From assembly GCA_041619515.1 (NCBI GenBank), contig JBFKDW010000001.1, positions 79,129-127,954 on the forward strand: a stretch of DNA of 48,826 nucleotides. Reading direction: 5' to 3'. Position 1 is the stretch's first letter, and each line of letters opens with the position of its first letter. The position numbers were made by a program, and so were the translations under genes. Under the pieces are notes generated by a model. The model was given only the letters and a program-made list of their open reading frames with translations, made no database searches and was not told the origin of the DNA. Positions 1 through 9,165 of the stretch are shown piece after piece. The stretch comes from Acidimicrobiia bacterium. Its GTDB lineage: Bacteria; Actinomycetota; Acidimicrobiia; Spongiisociales; SHLN01.

Positions 1-210
1 ACCGAGCACGCCTGCGATCAGCCACATGCCGGCCGGCAATCCGGCGAGGACCCCGAGGCTCACCAGCATCGCCCCGACCAGGTAGTAGGCCCCCGCCCGG
101 CGCCGGCGGGTGAGGCTCGGAACCGTATAGGGACCGAGTCGGGACGCATCGAGATCTTCGGGAAGGCCCTCGGCGCCGGCGACCTCGTCGGGAACCTCGA
201 TTCCCTGCAT
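1..210 (-). CDS. hypothetical membrane protein, runs off the left window edge
   Basis: Manual translation from ATG 210: MQGIEVPDEVAGAEGLPEDLDASRLGPYTVPSLTRRRRAGAYYLVGAMLVSLGVLAGLPAGMWLIAGVLG, open to position 1. Basic patch followed by hydrophobic helices; directly downstream of the MMPL gene. Start uncertain. Confidence 0.6.
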   Translation of the reverse strand, partial: MQGIEVPDEVAGAEGLPEDLDASRLGPYTVPSLTRRRRAGAYYLVGAMLVSLGVLAGLPAGMWLIAGVLG

Positions 211-256
211 CCCCGGGAGCTTCCGGGATCTCGGCCGATCTTCTTCCATCACGGCT

Positions 257-2854
257 TCACGCCGTCGCGTCCTGGAGGGCGTCGTGAACTGCCGCGTCGT
301 CGACCGGGTCACGGCCGCGGCTGCGATGCCAGCGGTCCCACAAGACGAGCAAGGAAGGCAGGACGAACACGGCGCCCACCATTGCGATGACGATCGACCA
401 GAACGTCACCTCGCCGAACTGCTGGAACGGCTTGAGCGTGGAGGTGATCAAGACCCCGAAACCGGCGGCGGTGGTGAAAGCCGAGCCGGCCAGTGCGCCA
501 CCGGTATGGGTGGTGGTCGACCGGATCGCCTCCCCGGGGGTGGAGAAGCGCAGACGGTCTTCCTGGTAGCGATGGGTGATGTGGATCGTGTAGGGCACGC
601 CGATGCCGATCGCCAGGTTGGCGATGACGGCCGTCACCGGGTTGAACGGGATGCCCCGCGCCGCCATGATGCCGAACACGAGCAGCACGATGAGTGCGAC
701 CGGCAGGATGGTGATGACTCCCAGTCCGGGCCGGCGAGCCTCGATCCAGAAGTTCACCACCAGCACGAGGCCGGCGACGAACACCGTGATGAAGAGTGAG
801 GAGAGCTGTGATTCGCGCAGCGACTGGGCCACACCCTGGCTGACGATGTTCTGGTTGGTGGCAACCGTCGTCGCCCCCACCTCGCGGACGGGCGCAAAAT
901 CGGCCTGGAGGTCGTCCTTCAGGGCCAGTGACCCGCTTTCTCCCGCCTGGGTGGACACGCCGACGTCGACGAACCGAAACGACCCATCCACCTCGGCGAC
1001 AACCCGGCGCATCGGATCACCCGCCGCGGCTAACGCCAGCCGGTAGAGCGCCCCGACGTCGGTGCCGGGCTCGACCGTGAGGTCCGGTTGCAGCCCCGAG
1101 GCGAAGGCAGACTGGGCGAAGGAAGCGTCGTACAGCTCCGGATCACCACCCTCCTCGGGCGGGGTGACCAACTGCGCGATCACCGACACCGGCGACTCGG
1201 CGGCCGCCCGGTCGCCGAACTGCACGACATTCGGGGTGTCTCGCAGGTTGTTCCACGCCGCGACGAGCGCGTTGTGCACGGCCGGTGTCGCCACATCCCC
1301 CTCGATGATGACTTCGGTCTCCTCGCCGAAGCCGCCGCCGAACTCCTCGGTGATCGTGTTGAAGGTTTCGAGCTCGACCGCATCCTCGGGGAGGAAGTCG
1401 GTGAAGCTGAACTCCGTATTGAGCTCGGTGTACCCGTAGGCACCGGCGGCGCCGAGAAGCAGGGCAACGGTCAGGGTCGCCACAGGGAACTTCTCGGCCA
1501 GAATCGAGGTCTTGCCCATCAACTTGGGGAGGATCCGCTCACCCTGGTAGCCAAAGGCTTGCGCCGGCAGGGTGCCTTTGGCCTCGGCCCTACGGTCGAG
1601 CAGAACCCGCACCGACGGCACCACCGTCAGCATCAGGACGAACGCGGCGGTGATCCCGACCGCCGACAGCACTCCGAAGTCGGCGATGGCGGTGATCGGG
1701 TTCACGATGTTGGTGAGAAAACCGATGGAGGTGGTGACCGTCGCCAGCACGAGGGCGATCCCGACGGTGCGGGTGGCGCGGCCGGCCGACTCCACCACCC
1801 CCATGCCATCGCCGAGCTCTTCCCGGTAGCGGCTCGTCATGTGGATGGCGTAGTCCACTCCCAGGCCGATGAGGAGGATGGGGATGATCTGGAGGATCTC
1901 ACTGAAATCGCCGATGAGGCCTAGGTACTTGGGCCCGAGCAGAACACCGACCCCATTCATCCACGTGATCGACATCACGATGACGAGCATCGTCACGGCC
2001 ATGTCGGCCAGGGACCGGCGGATCGACTTCCCCCTCCCCATCAGGCCCCGCGGGGTCACCCAGTACACGAACAACAGGATGACCACGATGATGAGAAACG
2101 CCGTCCCGAAGAGGCGGCCGATCTCGGATTCGAATTCGTCCTGATTGGCGAACAGGAGGGCGAAGCTGAAGGCGGCGCCCTCGCTGGTCGAGGTGGGCGC
2201 TGCCGCAATGGCGTCGGCCATGTCGACTTCCTTCGCCTGCAGGATCGTCTGATCGGGGTCATCGAGATCCGCCACGTTGAGGAACACCACCATGAGCCCG
2301 GTGTCGGCCACCGGCGCTTCGAGGTCGGCGTTCTGCGTGAGCAGGCCGGTGAACAGGGCGGAGAGCTCGGGGGGAACTTCGAGGAGAACGTCGAGATACG
2401 CCTGCTTGACATCGGCATCGGTGACTCCGGCCAGCAGGGCGTCGAACGGCACGCCCTCATCGGCGGCCCGCTCTTCGAGGCCGGCGACGACGGGGTCGAG
2501 GTACCCGACGATGTCACCGCCCGGGCGTCCCTTGAGCAGGTCGGACACGTCGCTGCCCCTGATGGCTTCCTGGACGACGACGTAGTCGCGCAAGCCGTCC
2601 GCCGTCAACAAGTCTCCGTTGCGGGCGGTCATGACGACCTGCACCGGCTCCTCTGAGTTGTCGGCGAAGTACTCAGAGATCGTGTCGAGGGCCCGGAACT
2701 CGGGCGAATCGGGCGAGAAGCCCTCGTTTCCGCTCGCCATTTCCTGCTGCGGCACGAAGAAGCCGAAGAATGCCGTGAGGGCGACGGCCCCTGCCAGGAC
2801 GCCCCAGGGAGATCGGCGCACCATGGCGGCGAGCAGGTTCACAAGGCGCTTCAC
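257..2854 (-). CDS. MMPL/RND-family membrane transporter
   Basis: Two repeats of large loop plus multi-TM block with LIGLGVDYAIH and AIGIGVPYTIH motifs. GTG 2854 is preceded by GAAGGGAGA. Confidence 0.9.
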   Translation of the reverse strand: MKRLVNLLAAMVRRSPWGVLAGAVALTAFFGFFVPQQEMASGNEGFSPDSPEFRALDTISEYFADNSEEPVQVVMTARNGDLLTADGLRDYVVVQEAIRGSDVSDLLKGRPGGDIVGYLDPVVAGLEERAADEGVPFDALLAGVTDADVKQAYLDVLLEVPPELSALFTGLLTQNADLEAPVADTGLMVVFLNVADLDDPDQTILQAKEVDMADAIAAAPTSTSEGAAFSFALLFANQDEFESEIGRLFGTAFLIIVVILLFVYWVTPRGLMGRGKSIRRSLADMAVTMLVIVMSITWMNGVGVLLGPKYLGLIGDFSEILQIIPILLIGLGVDYAIHMTSRYREELGDGMGVVESAGRATRTVGIALVLATVTTSIGFLTNIVNPITAIADFGVLSAVGITAAFVLMLTVVPSVRVLLDRRAEAKGTLPAQAFGYQGERILPKLMGKTSILAEKFPVATLTVALLLGAAGAYGYTELNTEFSFTDFLPEDAVELETFNTITEEFGGGFGEETEVIIEGDVATPAVHNALVAAWNNLRDTPNVVQFGDRAAAESPVSVIAQLVTPPEEGGDPELYDASFAQSAFASGLQPDLTVEPGTDVGALYRLALAAAGDPMRRVVAEVDGSFRFVDVGVSTQAGESGSLALKDDLQADFAPVREVGATTVATNQNIVSQGVAQSLRESQLSSLFITVFVAGLVLVVNFWIEARRPGLGVITILPVALIVLLVFGIMAARGIPFNPVTAVIANLAIGIGVPYTIHITHRYQEDRLRFSTPGEAIRSTTTHTGGALAGSAFTTAAGFGVLITSTLKPFQQFGEVTFWSIVIAMVGAVFVLPSLLVLWDRWHRSRGRDPVDDAAVHDALQDATA

Positions 2855-2972
2855 TCTGTCTCCCTTCGAAGCTGCGCCCGCGGAGGGCTGGGAAGTGGCG
2901 AAGCCTAGGTCGCCCGGGTCCCCACACAAGTCACTTGTGACCCATCGGAAGGACCGTTCCGGTGGAGGGCGG

Positions 2973-3461
2973 CTAGGCCAGCGCGGCCCGGAGGCGGGCC
3001 CAGGTGTCGGCCAGGGCCTCCGGCAGAATGCGGGCGTTGGCGGTGGCAGTCATGAAGTTGGCGTCTCCCGACCAGCGCGGCACAACGTGCAAATGGAAAT
3101 GGCCGAGCACGCCCGCCCCGCCGGCACGCCCCAGATTCGCTCCGAGGTTGTAGCCGTGCGGGCTGAGAACCGCGTCGAGCGCCCCTTGACTTCGGCCGAG
3201 CAGGCTCCACACATCGCGCTGCTCATCGGAGTCGAGCTCGGCCGGTCGGCCCACGTGGCGGTAGGGCGTGATCATGAGATGTCCGCTGGTGTATGGGTAC
3301 AGGTTGAGCACCGAGAACGCAGTCTCCGTCCGCTCTAGGATGTAGGCAGACTCGTCGGTGGCGTCGGGCAGCTCACAGAAGAGACAGGCGTCGGACGCGT
3401 CACCCTGCTGGACCTCGGACATGTACGCCGACCGCCATCCCGCCCAGAGGACGTCCATCAT
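2973..3461 (-). CDS. HIT-family hydrolase (Ap4A phosphorylase-like)
   Basis: LWAGWR, CLFC, NLYPYTSGHLM and HFHLHVVPRW histidine triad. ATGA overlap with the thrS stop, matching the usual actinobacterial thrS-HIT synteny. Confidence 0.92.
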   Translation of the reverse strand: MMDVLWAGWRSAYMSEVQQGDASDACLFCELPDATDESAYILERTETAFSVLNLYPYTSGHLMITPYRHVGRPAELDSDEQRDVWSLLGRSQGALDAVLSPHGYNLGANLGRAGGAGVLGHFHLHVVPRWSGDANFMTATANARILPEALADTWARLRAALA

Positions 3462-5395
3462 CGAGGCGGCTTGCACAGCTCGGCCAGACGGTCCCCGGCT
3501 TCGGCCAGGGGAACGCCGCGTTGCTCTCCCTCATCATCTCGCAAACGCAAGCCCACGGTGGTGTGCGCCACATCGTCGTCGCCCACCACCAGCACCGCCG
3601 GCGTCTTGTCGGTGATGGCCCGCCGCACCTTCTCTCCCAGCGTGTCGTCGTGGTCGTCGACGACGACACGCAGCCCGAGAGACCCGAGCTCGGCCGCCAC
3701 TGCCGCTGCGTACTGGTTGTGCCGGTCGGCAACCGGCAGGATGGCGGCCTGCACCGGCGCCAGCCAGCCGGGGAATGCACCGGCGTAGTGCTCTATGAGG
3801 ACACCGACGAAACGCTCAATCGAGCCCAGCAATGCTCGATGAATCATCACGGGCTGCTCGCGTGCGTTCTCGGTGCTGTTGAACTCGAGGTGGAAGTTCT
3901 GCGGCTGCGCGAAGTCGACCTGAATGGTCGACAGCTGCCAGCGACGGCCGATGGCATCGCGAACGTGGACGTCGATCTTCGGCCCGTAGAAGGCGCCCTC
4001 TCCCTCCGCCACCTCGAACGGGATCTCGGCCCGCTCGAGAGACGCCTGCAGGGCTTCGGTGGCGCGGTCCCACAGCACGGGGTCTCCGATCGCCTTTTCG
4101 GGGCGGGTGGACAGGTCCGCCTCGAACTCCTGGAAGCCGAAGTCCCGCAGCACCATCAGCGTGAAGTCGAGCAACGCCTGCAGCTCGCCGGGCAGCTGGC
4201 TCTCCATGCAGAAGATGTGGCTGTCGTCCACCGTGAAGCCGCGGATCCGGAGCAATCCATGCAGGACGCCGGAGCGTTCGTAGCGGTACACCGTTCCGAG
4301 CTCGAACAAGCGCAGCGGCAACTCCCGGTAGCTGCGAGCCCGGCTCTGGTACACGAGGATGTGAAACGGGCAGTTCATCGGCTTGGCGTAGTACTCCTGG
4401 CCGTTGTCGAGCTCCATCGGCGGGTACATGCCTTCGGAGTAGAAGTCGAGGTGCCCCGAGGTTTCCCACAGGTTGGCCTTGGCGACGTGGGGGGTGGCCA
4501 CGATCTCGTAGGCATGAGCCAGGTGCGTGTTGCGGCTGTAGTCCTCGATGAGCTTGCGCACAAGGGCGCCTTTCGGATGCCAGATGGCGAGCCCGGCGCC
4601 GAGCTGGTCCGGGAACGAGAAGAGATCCAAGGCAACGCCGAGCTTGCGGTGGTCCCGTCGTTCGGCCTCTTCCATCCGCTCGAGGTAGGCGTCGAGCTCT
4701 TTCTTGCTCTCCCATGCCGTTCCATAGATCCTCTGCAGCTGGGGGTTCTGCTCGTCACCGCGCCAGTACGCACCGGCGCTGCGCAGCAGCTTCAGCGCCG
4801 GGATGAAGCCGGTGGAGCGCACGTGCGGCCCGCGGCACAGGTCGACGAAATCGTGGTTGCGATACACCGTGATGACGCCGTCTCCCACCCCTTGACTGGC
4901 TTCGCCGTCGGTGATGATTTCGGTCTTGAATCGCTGGTCGGCGAACAGCTCGAGCCCCCGGTCCCGGTCGATCACTTCCCGCTCGAAGGGCTGATCCTCT
5001 GAAACGATCTCCTCCATGCGCTTTTCGAGGGCCGCGATATCGTCGGGGGTGAACGGACGGCCAACGTCGAAGTCGTAATAGAAGCCGTCCGCAATGGGCG
5101 GACCGATGGCGAATTGGGCGCCGGGGAACAAATCGAGGACCGCTTGGGCGAGCACGTGGGCCGACGAGTGGCGGAGGACGAACCGGCCCTCCTCTGAGTC
5201 GCCCGTGATCACTTCGAACGCGCCGCCCGACTCGAGCGGCCGGCCCACATCGTATTGGGCCCCGTCGACCTTGACGACGACTGCTGCTTTGGCGAGTCGC
5301 GGGCCGATACTCTCGGCGATCTCGAGGCCGGTGACCCCCGACGAAAAGGCGTGCCGGGACCCGTCCGGAAAGGTGAACTCGATCGAATCTGCCAC
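3458..5395 (-). CDS. thrS: threonine--tRNA ligase
   Basis: TGS domain, RHSSAHVLAQA, DLCRGPHV, RDHRKLG, KPMNCP, GAFYGPKID, HRALLGSIERF. Start placed at GTG 5395 (VADSIEFTFPDG). Confidence 0.98.
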   Translation of the reverse strand: MADSIEFTFPDGSRHAFSSGVTGLEIAESIGPRLAKAAVVVKVDGAQYDVGRPLESGGAFEVITGDSEEGRFVLRHSSAHVLAQAVLDLFPGAQFAIGPPIADGFYYDFDVGRPFTPDDIAALEKRMEEIVSEDQPFEREVIDRDRGLELFADQRFKTEIITDGEASQGVGDGVITVYRNHDFVDLCRGPHVRSTGFIPALKLLRSAGAYWRGDEQNPQLQRIYGTAWESKKELDAYLERMEEAERRDHRKLGVALDLFSFPDQLGAGLAIWHPKGALVRKLIEDYSRNTHLAHAYEIVATPHVAKANLWETSGHLDFYSEGMYPPMELDNGQEYYAKPMNCPFHILVYQSRARSYRELPLRLFELGTVYRYERSGVLHGLLRIRGFTVDDSHIFCMESQLPGELQALLDFTLMVLRDFGFQEFEADLSTRPEKAIGDPVLWDRATEALQASLERAEIPFEVAEGEGAFYGPKIDVHVRDAIGRRWQLSTIQVDFAQPQNFHLEFNSTENAREQPVMIHRALLGSIERFVGVLIEHYAGAFPGWLAPVQAAILPVADRHNQYAAAVAAELGSLGLRVVVDDHDDTLGEKVRRAITDKTPAVLVVGDDDVAHTTVGLRLRDDEGEQRGVPLAEAGDRLAELCKPPR

Positions 5396-5463
5396 GAGAG
5401 AAGCGTCCCTGTCGTTAGGCTGGAGCCGCCAAGGATAGGCCCACGCGGAGGAACCCCGGCGCC

Positions 5464-6297
5464 ATGGAAGCTGCTGATATCGCACGAAGTCTCTCGGGCG
5501 ACGGTCGGATCGTCGAAGTGGGAAGCGGCGTGGGTCGCCTCTACCGGGTGTGGGACGGCACCGAGACGAGCCTGGTGAAGGTGTACAGCAGCGTGTCGGC
5601 CGAACGCCGTGAGCATCAGGCTCTCGACGCGCTCGCCGACCTTCCAGGCCTTCCGAAGGTCGTGCGCCGCGGGCAGGAAAACGGCACGCCGTGGGTGGTC
5701 TTCGAAGAGCCGGGTCGGTGGAACCTGGCGTCGTTGCCCGAGAGCATCTCGCTGGGGCGAAAGGCCGGCAAGATCCTGGCCACGCTTCATGCGCACGATG
5801 CCGGCCATCTGAGCAATGTCGCCCACGGGATCGACTCCGACTGGGTCAACTCCGACTACCCGTCGACGTTCAAGCGGCTCGAACGCTATCGGGGCCGCCT
5901 GCATCTGCCGGCCGAAGTCGTCGCCTCCGCCCTCGAGATCGCCCCTCCGACGGCCGGTCCTGCGGTCATCGTGCACACCGACCCCAATCCTGAGCAGTTC
6001 ATGGTCGACGATCACGGCAACGTGACCCTGTTCCATTGGGAATGGTCGACACTCGGACCCCGCGAGTGGGACTACTCGCGATTGCTGTGGCTGACCCGGC
6101 TGAAGGCCGGGCCCGACTCCGCCGCCGGAGTCATTGAGGGCTACGGGCACGTCTTGTCGGTCGAGGAGCTGGAACGCTGGACCGTCTATCACTCCGGGAT
6201 GATGCTCAAACAAGCGGTCGAGGTCGCCGACCAGCAGCTCCGTGGAGCCGACTGGCTGGTGAAGGAGCTGACCCGGGCGGTCGACGCTCTCTCGTAG
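5464..6297 (+). CDS. aminoglycoside phosphotransferase/choline kinase-fold protein (atypical motifs)
   Basis: GSG loop, VKVY, E-helix (ERREHQAL), Brenner-like HTDPNPEQ, FHWEWS..GPREWD. GGAGG upstream. Confidence 0.8.
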   Translation: MEAADIARSLSGDGRIVEVGSGVGRLYRVWDGTETSLVKVYSSVSAERREHQALDALADLPGLPKVVRRGQENGTPWVVFEEPGRWNLASLPESISLGRKAGKILATLHAHDAGHLSNVAHGIDSDWVNSDYPSTFKRLERYRGRLHLPAEVVASALEIAPPTAGPAVIVHTDPNPEQFMVDDHGNVTLFHWEWSTLGPREWDYSRLLWLTRLKAGPDSAAGVIEGYGHVLSVEELERWTVYHSGMMLKQAVEVADQQLRGADWLVKELTRAVDALS

Positions 6298-6353
6298 GCG
6301 GAGCAAGACGGGGAAAACCCATCTAAATCCGCGAAAACCTCCTTTAGCTCCCC

Positions 6354-6359
6354 TAGCCT
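6354..6359 (+). promoter_or_regulatory. putative -10 element, leaderless transcript
   Basis: TAGCCT lies 6 nt before ATG 6366; no SD sequence. Confidence 0.5.
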
Positions 6360-6365
6360 TTTCGC

Positions 6366-6602
6366 ATGCTCGAAGCCATCGTCGTCATCGGCCTGTTCGT
6401 CGCGCTCGTCCTCGCAGGAGGGCGTTCCACACGCCCCACCCAAGCCCCCACCGTCCGGCTGTCGGACCTCGCCGATCTGCCCTGCCCGTGGTGCAGGGCG
6501 GCCACCAGCGAGTACGACGACTATTGCACCTCGTGCGGCCAGCCCTTCGGGATCTCGAAGCAGGCGTCCGCCCGCTCCACCTCGAATCCCAGCGACTGGT
6601 AG
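6366..6602 (+). CDS. small membrane-anchored zinc-ribbon protein
   Basis: N-terminal hydrophobic helix, then CPWC-x10-CTSCGQPF. The 3' end overlaps the mshD 3' end. Confidence 0.6.
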   Translation: MLEAIVVIGLFVALVLAGGRSTRPTQAPTVRLSDLADLPCPWCRAATSEYDDYCTSCGQPFGISKQASARSTSNPSDW

Positions 6603-7399
6603 AGGCCGAGCGCCGTACGGTTGGCGGCGTCGACGTACAGCATTGCCCTGTCGCACCCCGCTCCGGCGAGATATGCGAGCCCCTCGAGGACGATGGCCCG
6701 TCCCAGGCCCCGCCGCTGGAACTCCGGATGGACTCCGATCACGTGGATCTCCCCCAGCCGGGGCCCGTGGCGCTTGGTCCAGCAGAATCCGGCCACGCGA
6801 TCCTTCACCCACCAAAGGCGAAACCCTTCCGCCTCGAACCAATCCCGATGCTCGCGCTCGAGAATCTCACGCCTGGTCCACCCTCCGTTCTCCGGGTGTC
6901 CGGCAAATGCGGCGTTGTTGGCGACCAGCCACGCATCCTCATCCACCCCCGGTCGGAATGCTGCGATCCGGACAGCGTCGGGGACCTCAAAGCGTTCTGA
7001 AAGCGGAAGCGGTCCCTCCAGCAGATGCAGCCGGCGGGCAACCGCAAACCGCCTGCGAGCGAACTCTGCGCCCCCGGTCCGGCCGAAGGTCCACCACAGC
7101 ATCCGCCCCGATGCCAGGCGGGCTGCCTCGCCCAGGATCGACTCGAATCGGGATGCGCCCAGCCCGGCGGCGGCGGCCAGCTCCATTTCCCACACCCGGC
7201 TGGGCTCGTGCCACAGCATGTGCAGGTATGCCACGATCTCGCCATCTTCGCCCACGAACCCATGCCCGGTGAGCGGACCACCGAGGTCGACGAGCTTTGA
7301 TTCCCCGAGCGGGGCGACGCCCGAGGCCGCCTCGAGCCGCTGCAGGAAGGACAGCACTGCGTCGGAATCCCGTCCTGATTCGAAGCGGCGAACACGCAC
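6521..7399 (-). CDS. mshD: mycothiol synthase (tandem GNAT)
   Basis: Two GNAT halves; AFAGHPENGGWT, WFEAEGF, GFCWTKRH, GEIHVIGVHP..QRRGLGR, LYVDAAN..A..LY.SLGF. Confidence 0.88.
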   Translation of the reverse strand: MRVRRFESGRDSDAVLSFLQRLEAASGVAPLGESKLVDLGGPLTGHGFVGEDGEIVAYLHMLWHEPSRVWEMELAAAAGLGASRFESILGEAARLASGRMLWWTFGRTGGAEFARRRFAVARRLHLLEGPLPLSERFEVPDAVRIAAFRPGVDEDAWLVANNAAFAGHPENGGWTRREILEREHRDWFEAEGFRLWWVKDRVAGFCWTKRHGPRLGEIHVIGVHPEFQRRGLGRAIVLEGLAYLAGAGCDRAMLYVDAANRTALGLYQSLGFEVERADACFEIPKGWPHEVQ

Positions 7400-7405
7400 A
7401 TCGCC

Positions 7406-7411
7406 ACCCTA
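7406..7411 (-). promoter_or_regulatory. putative -10 element, leaderless mshD
   Basis: TAGGGT on the minus strand, 6 nt before GTG 7399. Confidence 0.5.
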
Positions 7412-7465
7412 GGAGCTGCCGGCAACGCAATCCGCGTCCTGGGGCGACCCTCCAGCTACCCTCCC

Positions 7466-8422
7466 GTGGCGATGAGCACTGTTGGCCTGGTACTCGGTGG
7501 TGGTGGAATCACCGGCGCCGCTTATGAATTCGCCGCCCTCATGGCGATTCGCATGGCCACAGGCTGGAATCCCGATGATGCCGAGATCATCATCGGTACC
7601 TCGGCCGGGGCGACGGTGGCGGCAGTCGCACGAGCCGACCGCCTCCAGATCGAGACGCTGACCGGAGGCGACCGCAGCCGCGCCGAATATGTGGACCATG
7701 TGTCCGAGTTCCTGCTCCGCCGGACACGACCGAGTGGTTTCGGCCGCTGGGTCCGCCATGGCATTCTCCCCGGGCTCCGGAATCCCGGCCTGGAAATGGC
7801 GCTGGGGGGGCCGGCTCCGTTCGATCCCACCGGCATCGCCGACTACGCGGAGCACCTGGCCGGCCCGCTCGCCAACTCCTGGCCGGACAAGCCGACCCTC
7901 ATTCCCGCCTTCGATCTACTCGATCGGCGTCTGGTCGTCTTCGGCGCCGACGGAGCTCCCGCCGTCCCGCTGCGGGAAGCCGTGGCGGCATCATCGGCGG
8001 TCCCCATGGTCTACCAGCCGGTGATGATCGGGGGGCGGCCGTACGTGGACGGTGGCGTGGCCTCGGGAACCAGCGCCCACCTCGTGTTCGAGCACGCCAA
8101 GCGGCCGCTCGACTTCATTCTCATCATCGCCCCCATGGCATCAGAGGAGGCACGGGAGAACGCCAGGTTCTACGAGAACATCTTCGACCGGCTTGGCTCG
8201 ATATCGCTCAGCCGTGAGCTGGAGATCATCGAAGCCACCTGGCCCGATACCGACGTCGTCATCCTGCGCCCCGACGACGCCGTGCTCTCCGCCGCCCGCC
8301 CCAACCCGATGTCGGTCGAGCAGACCATCCCGACCTTCCTGCGAACCCTGTCGTTCCTGCGCCGCGAGCTCTCGCGCTCGCATGTCTGGGATCTGCTCGG
8401 AGAGCACCTGGCGCGCACATGA
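7466..8422 (+). CDS. patatin-like phospholipase
   Basis: LVLGGGGITG oxyanion loop, GTSAG nucleophile, YVDGG catalytic Asp. Start at 7466 or 7472. Confidence 0.92.
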   Translation: MAMSTVGLVLGGGGITGAAYEFAALMAIRMATGWNPDDAEIIIGTSAGATVAAVARADRLQIETLTGGDRSRAEYVDHVSEFLLRRTRPSGFGRWVRHGILPGLRNPGLEMALGGPAPFDPTGIADYAEHLAGPLANSWPDKPTLIPAFDLLDRRLVVFGADGAPAVPLREAVAASSAVPMVYQPVMIGGRPYVDGGVASGTSAHLVFEHAKRPLDFILIIAPMASEEARENARFYENIFDRLGSISLSRELEIIEATWPDTDVVILRPDDAVLSAARPNPMSVEQTIPTFLRTLSFLRRELSRSHVWDLLGEHLART

Positions 8423-8889
8423 GCGTGGCCGCCCGACGATGGCCGGGCCGGTCCCTTCCCGGCCTGCCGGCAGGATGGGGAACCTTTTCGGCCGCGGCGG
8501 TGTTGCTCGCCGGAGTGCTGGCCGCCTGCGGAGGCGGGGAGGACGATGCACTCCCCGGCGGCCCGATAGAGGCCGATGGGTGCGCCCACGTCGTGGAAGT
8601 CGAAGTGCAGCCCGAACCGGACGCCACCTACCGATTCGACGTCGCAGTCCGGTCCGCCGATACCGGCTGGGAAAAGTACGCCGATGCCTGGGAGATTCGC
8701 TCGCCGGATGGAACGGTGCTCGGCACTCGGGCGCTCACCCATCCCCACGTCGACGAGCAGCCGTTCACGCGCAGGCTGCGGGGGGTGGTGATCCCGGCGG
8801 GCGTCTCGGAGGTGGAAGTGGCCGCCCGGGACCTCGTCGAGGGCTTCTGCGGCACGACGATGCGCGTGGGCATCCCCTCGCATCCCTGA
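8419..8889 (+). CDS. hypothetical lipoprotein
   Basis: Lipobox-like LAAC; FDVAVRSADTGWEKYADAWEI...HPHVDEQPFTR...ARDLVEGFCG. ATGA-coupled to patatin. Confidence 0.78.
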   Translation: MSVAARRWPGRSLPGLPAGWGTFSAAAVLLAGVLAACGGGEDDALPGGPIEADGCAHVVEVEVQPEPDATYRFDVAVRSADTGWEKYADAWEIRSPDGTVLGTRALTHPHVDEQPFTRRLRGVVIPAGVSEVEVAARDLVEGFCGTTMRVGIPSHP

Positions 8890-8905
8890 TCCTCCGGCAG
8901 CGGGC

Positions 8906-8911
8906 TAGCCT
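8906..8911 (+). promoter_or_regulatory. putative -10 element, leaderless selenoprotein gene
   Basis: TAGCCT lies 7 nt before ATG 8919. Confidence 0.5.
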
Positions 8912-8918
8912 GCCGGCC

Positions 8919-9155
8919 ATGAACGTCACGATCGAGTTCTGCAGAGCTTGAAACTATACGGGCCGTGCGGTCGGCATGGCAGAAGATCTATTCGAGGAGT
9001 TCGGGCAAGCGTTTGAGATCTTGCTCATCCCGTCGAAGGGTGGGGTCTTCGAGGTGACGGTCGATGGGGACCTCGTGTACAGCAAGCTCGCCACCGGGAG
9101 GCACGCCGAGTACGACGAGGTCGCCAAACCCATCCGGCAAACTCTCGGCACATAG
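8919..9155 (+). CDS. Rdx (SelT/SelW/SelH) family selenoprotein with CxxU motif; TGA 8949-8951 read as Sec
   Basis: MNVTIEFCRA-U-NYTGRAVGMAEDLFEEFGQAFEILLIPSKGGVFEVTVDGDLVYSKLATGRHAEYDEVAKPIRQTLGT*. The Rdx signature continues in frame on both sides of the TGA (IEFCxxU; LIPSxGGVFEVTVDGxLVYSK..TGRH). Confidence 0.92.
8962..8980 (+). promoter_or_regulatory. putative bacterial SECIS hairpin
   Basis: Stem GCCGUGC/GCAUGGC (7 bp, one G-U) with loop GGUCG, starting 10 nt after the UGA; G at the start of the apical loop. Confidence 0.7.
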
Positions 9156-9165
9156 CGGCGGCGTG

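Noticed and set aside
205..252. Alternative ATG near 249 (MEEDRPRS...) out of frame with the edge gene, suggesting a frameshift
   Set aside because: An in-frame ATG at 210 explains the gene; cannot be resolved without homologs or reads.
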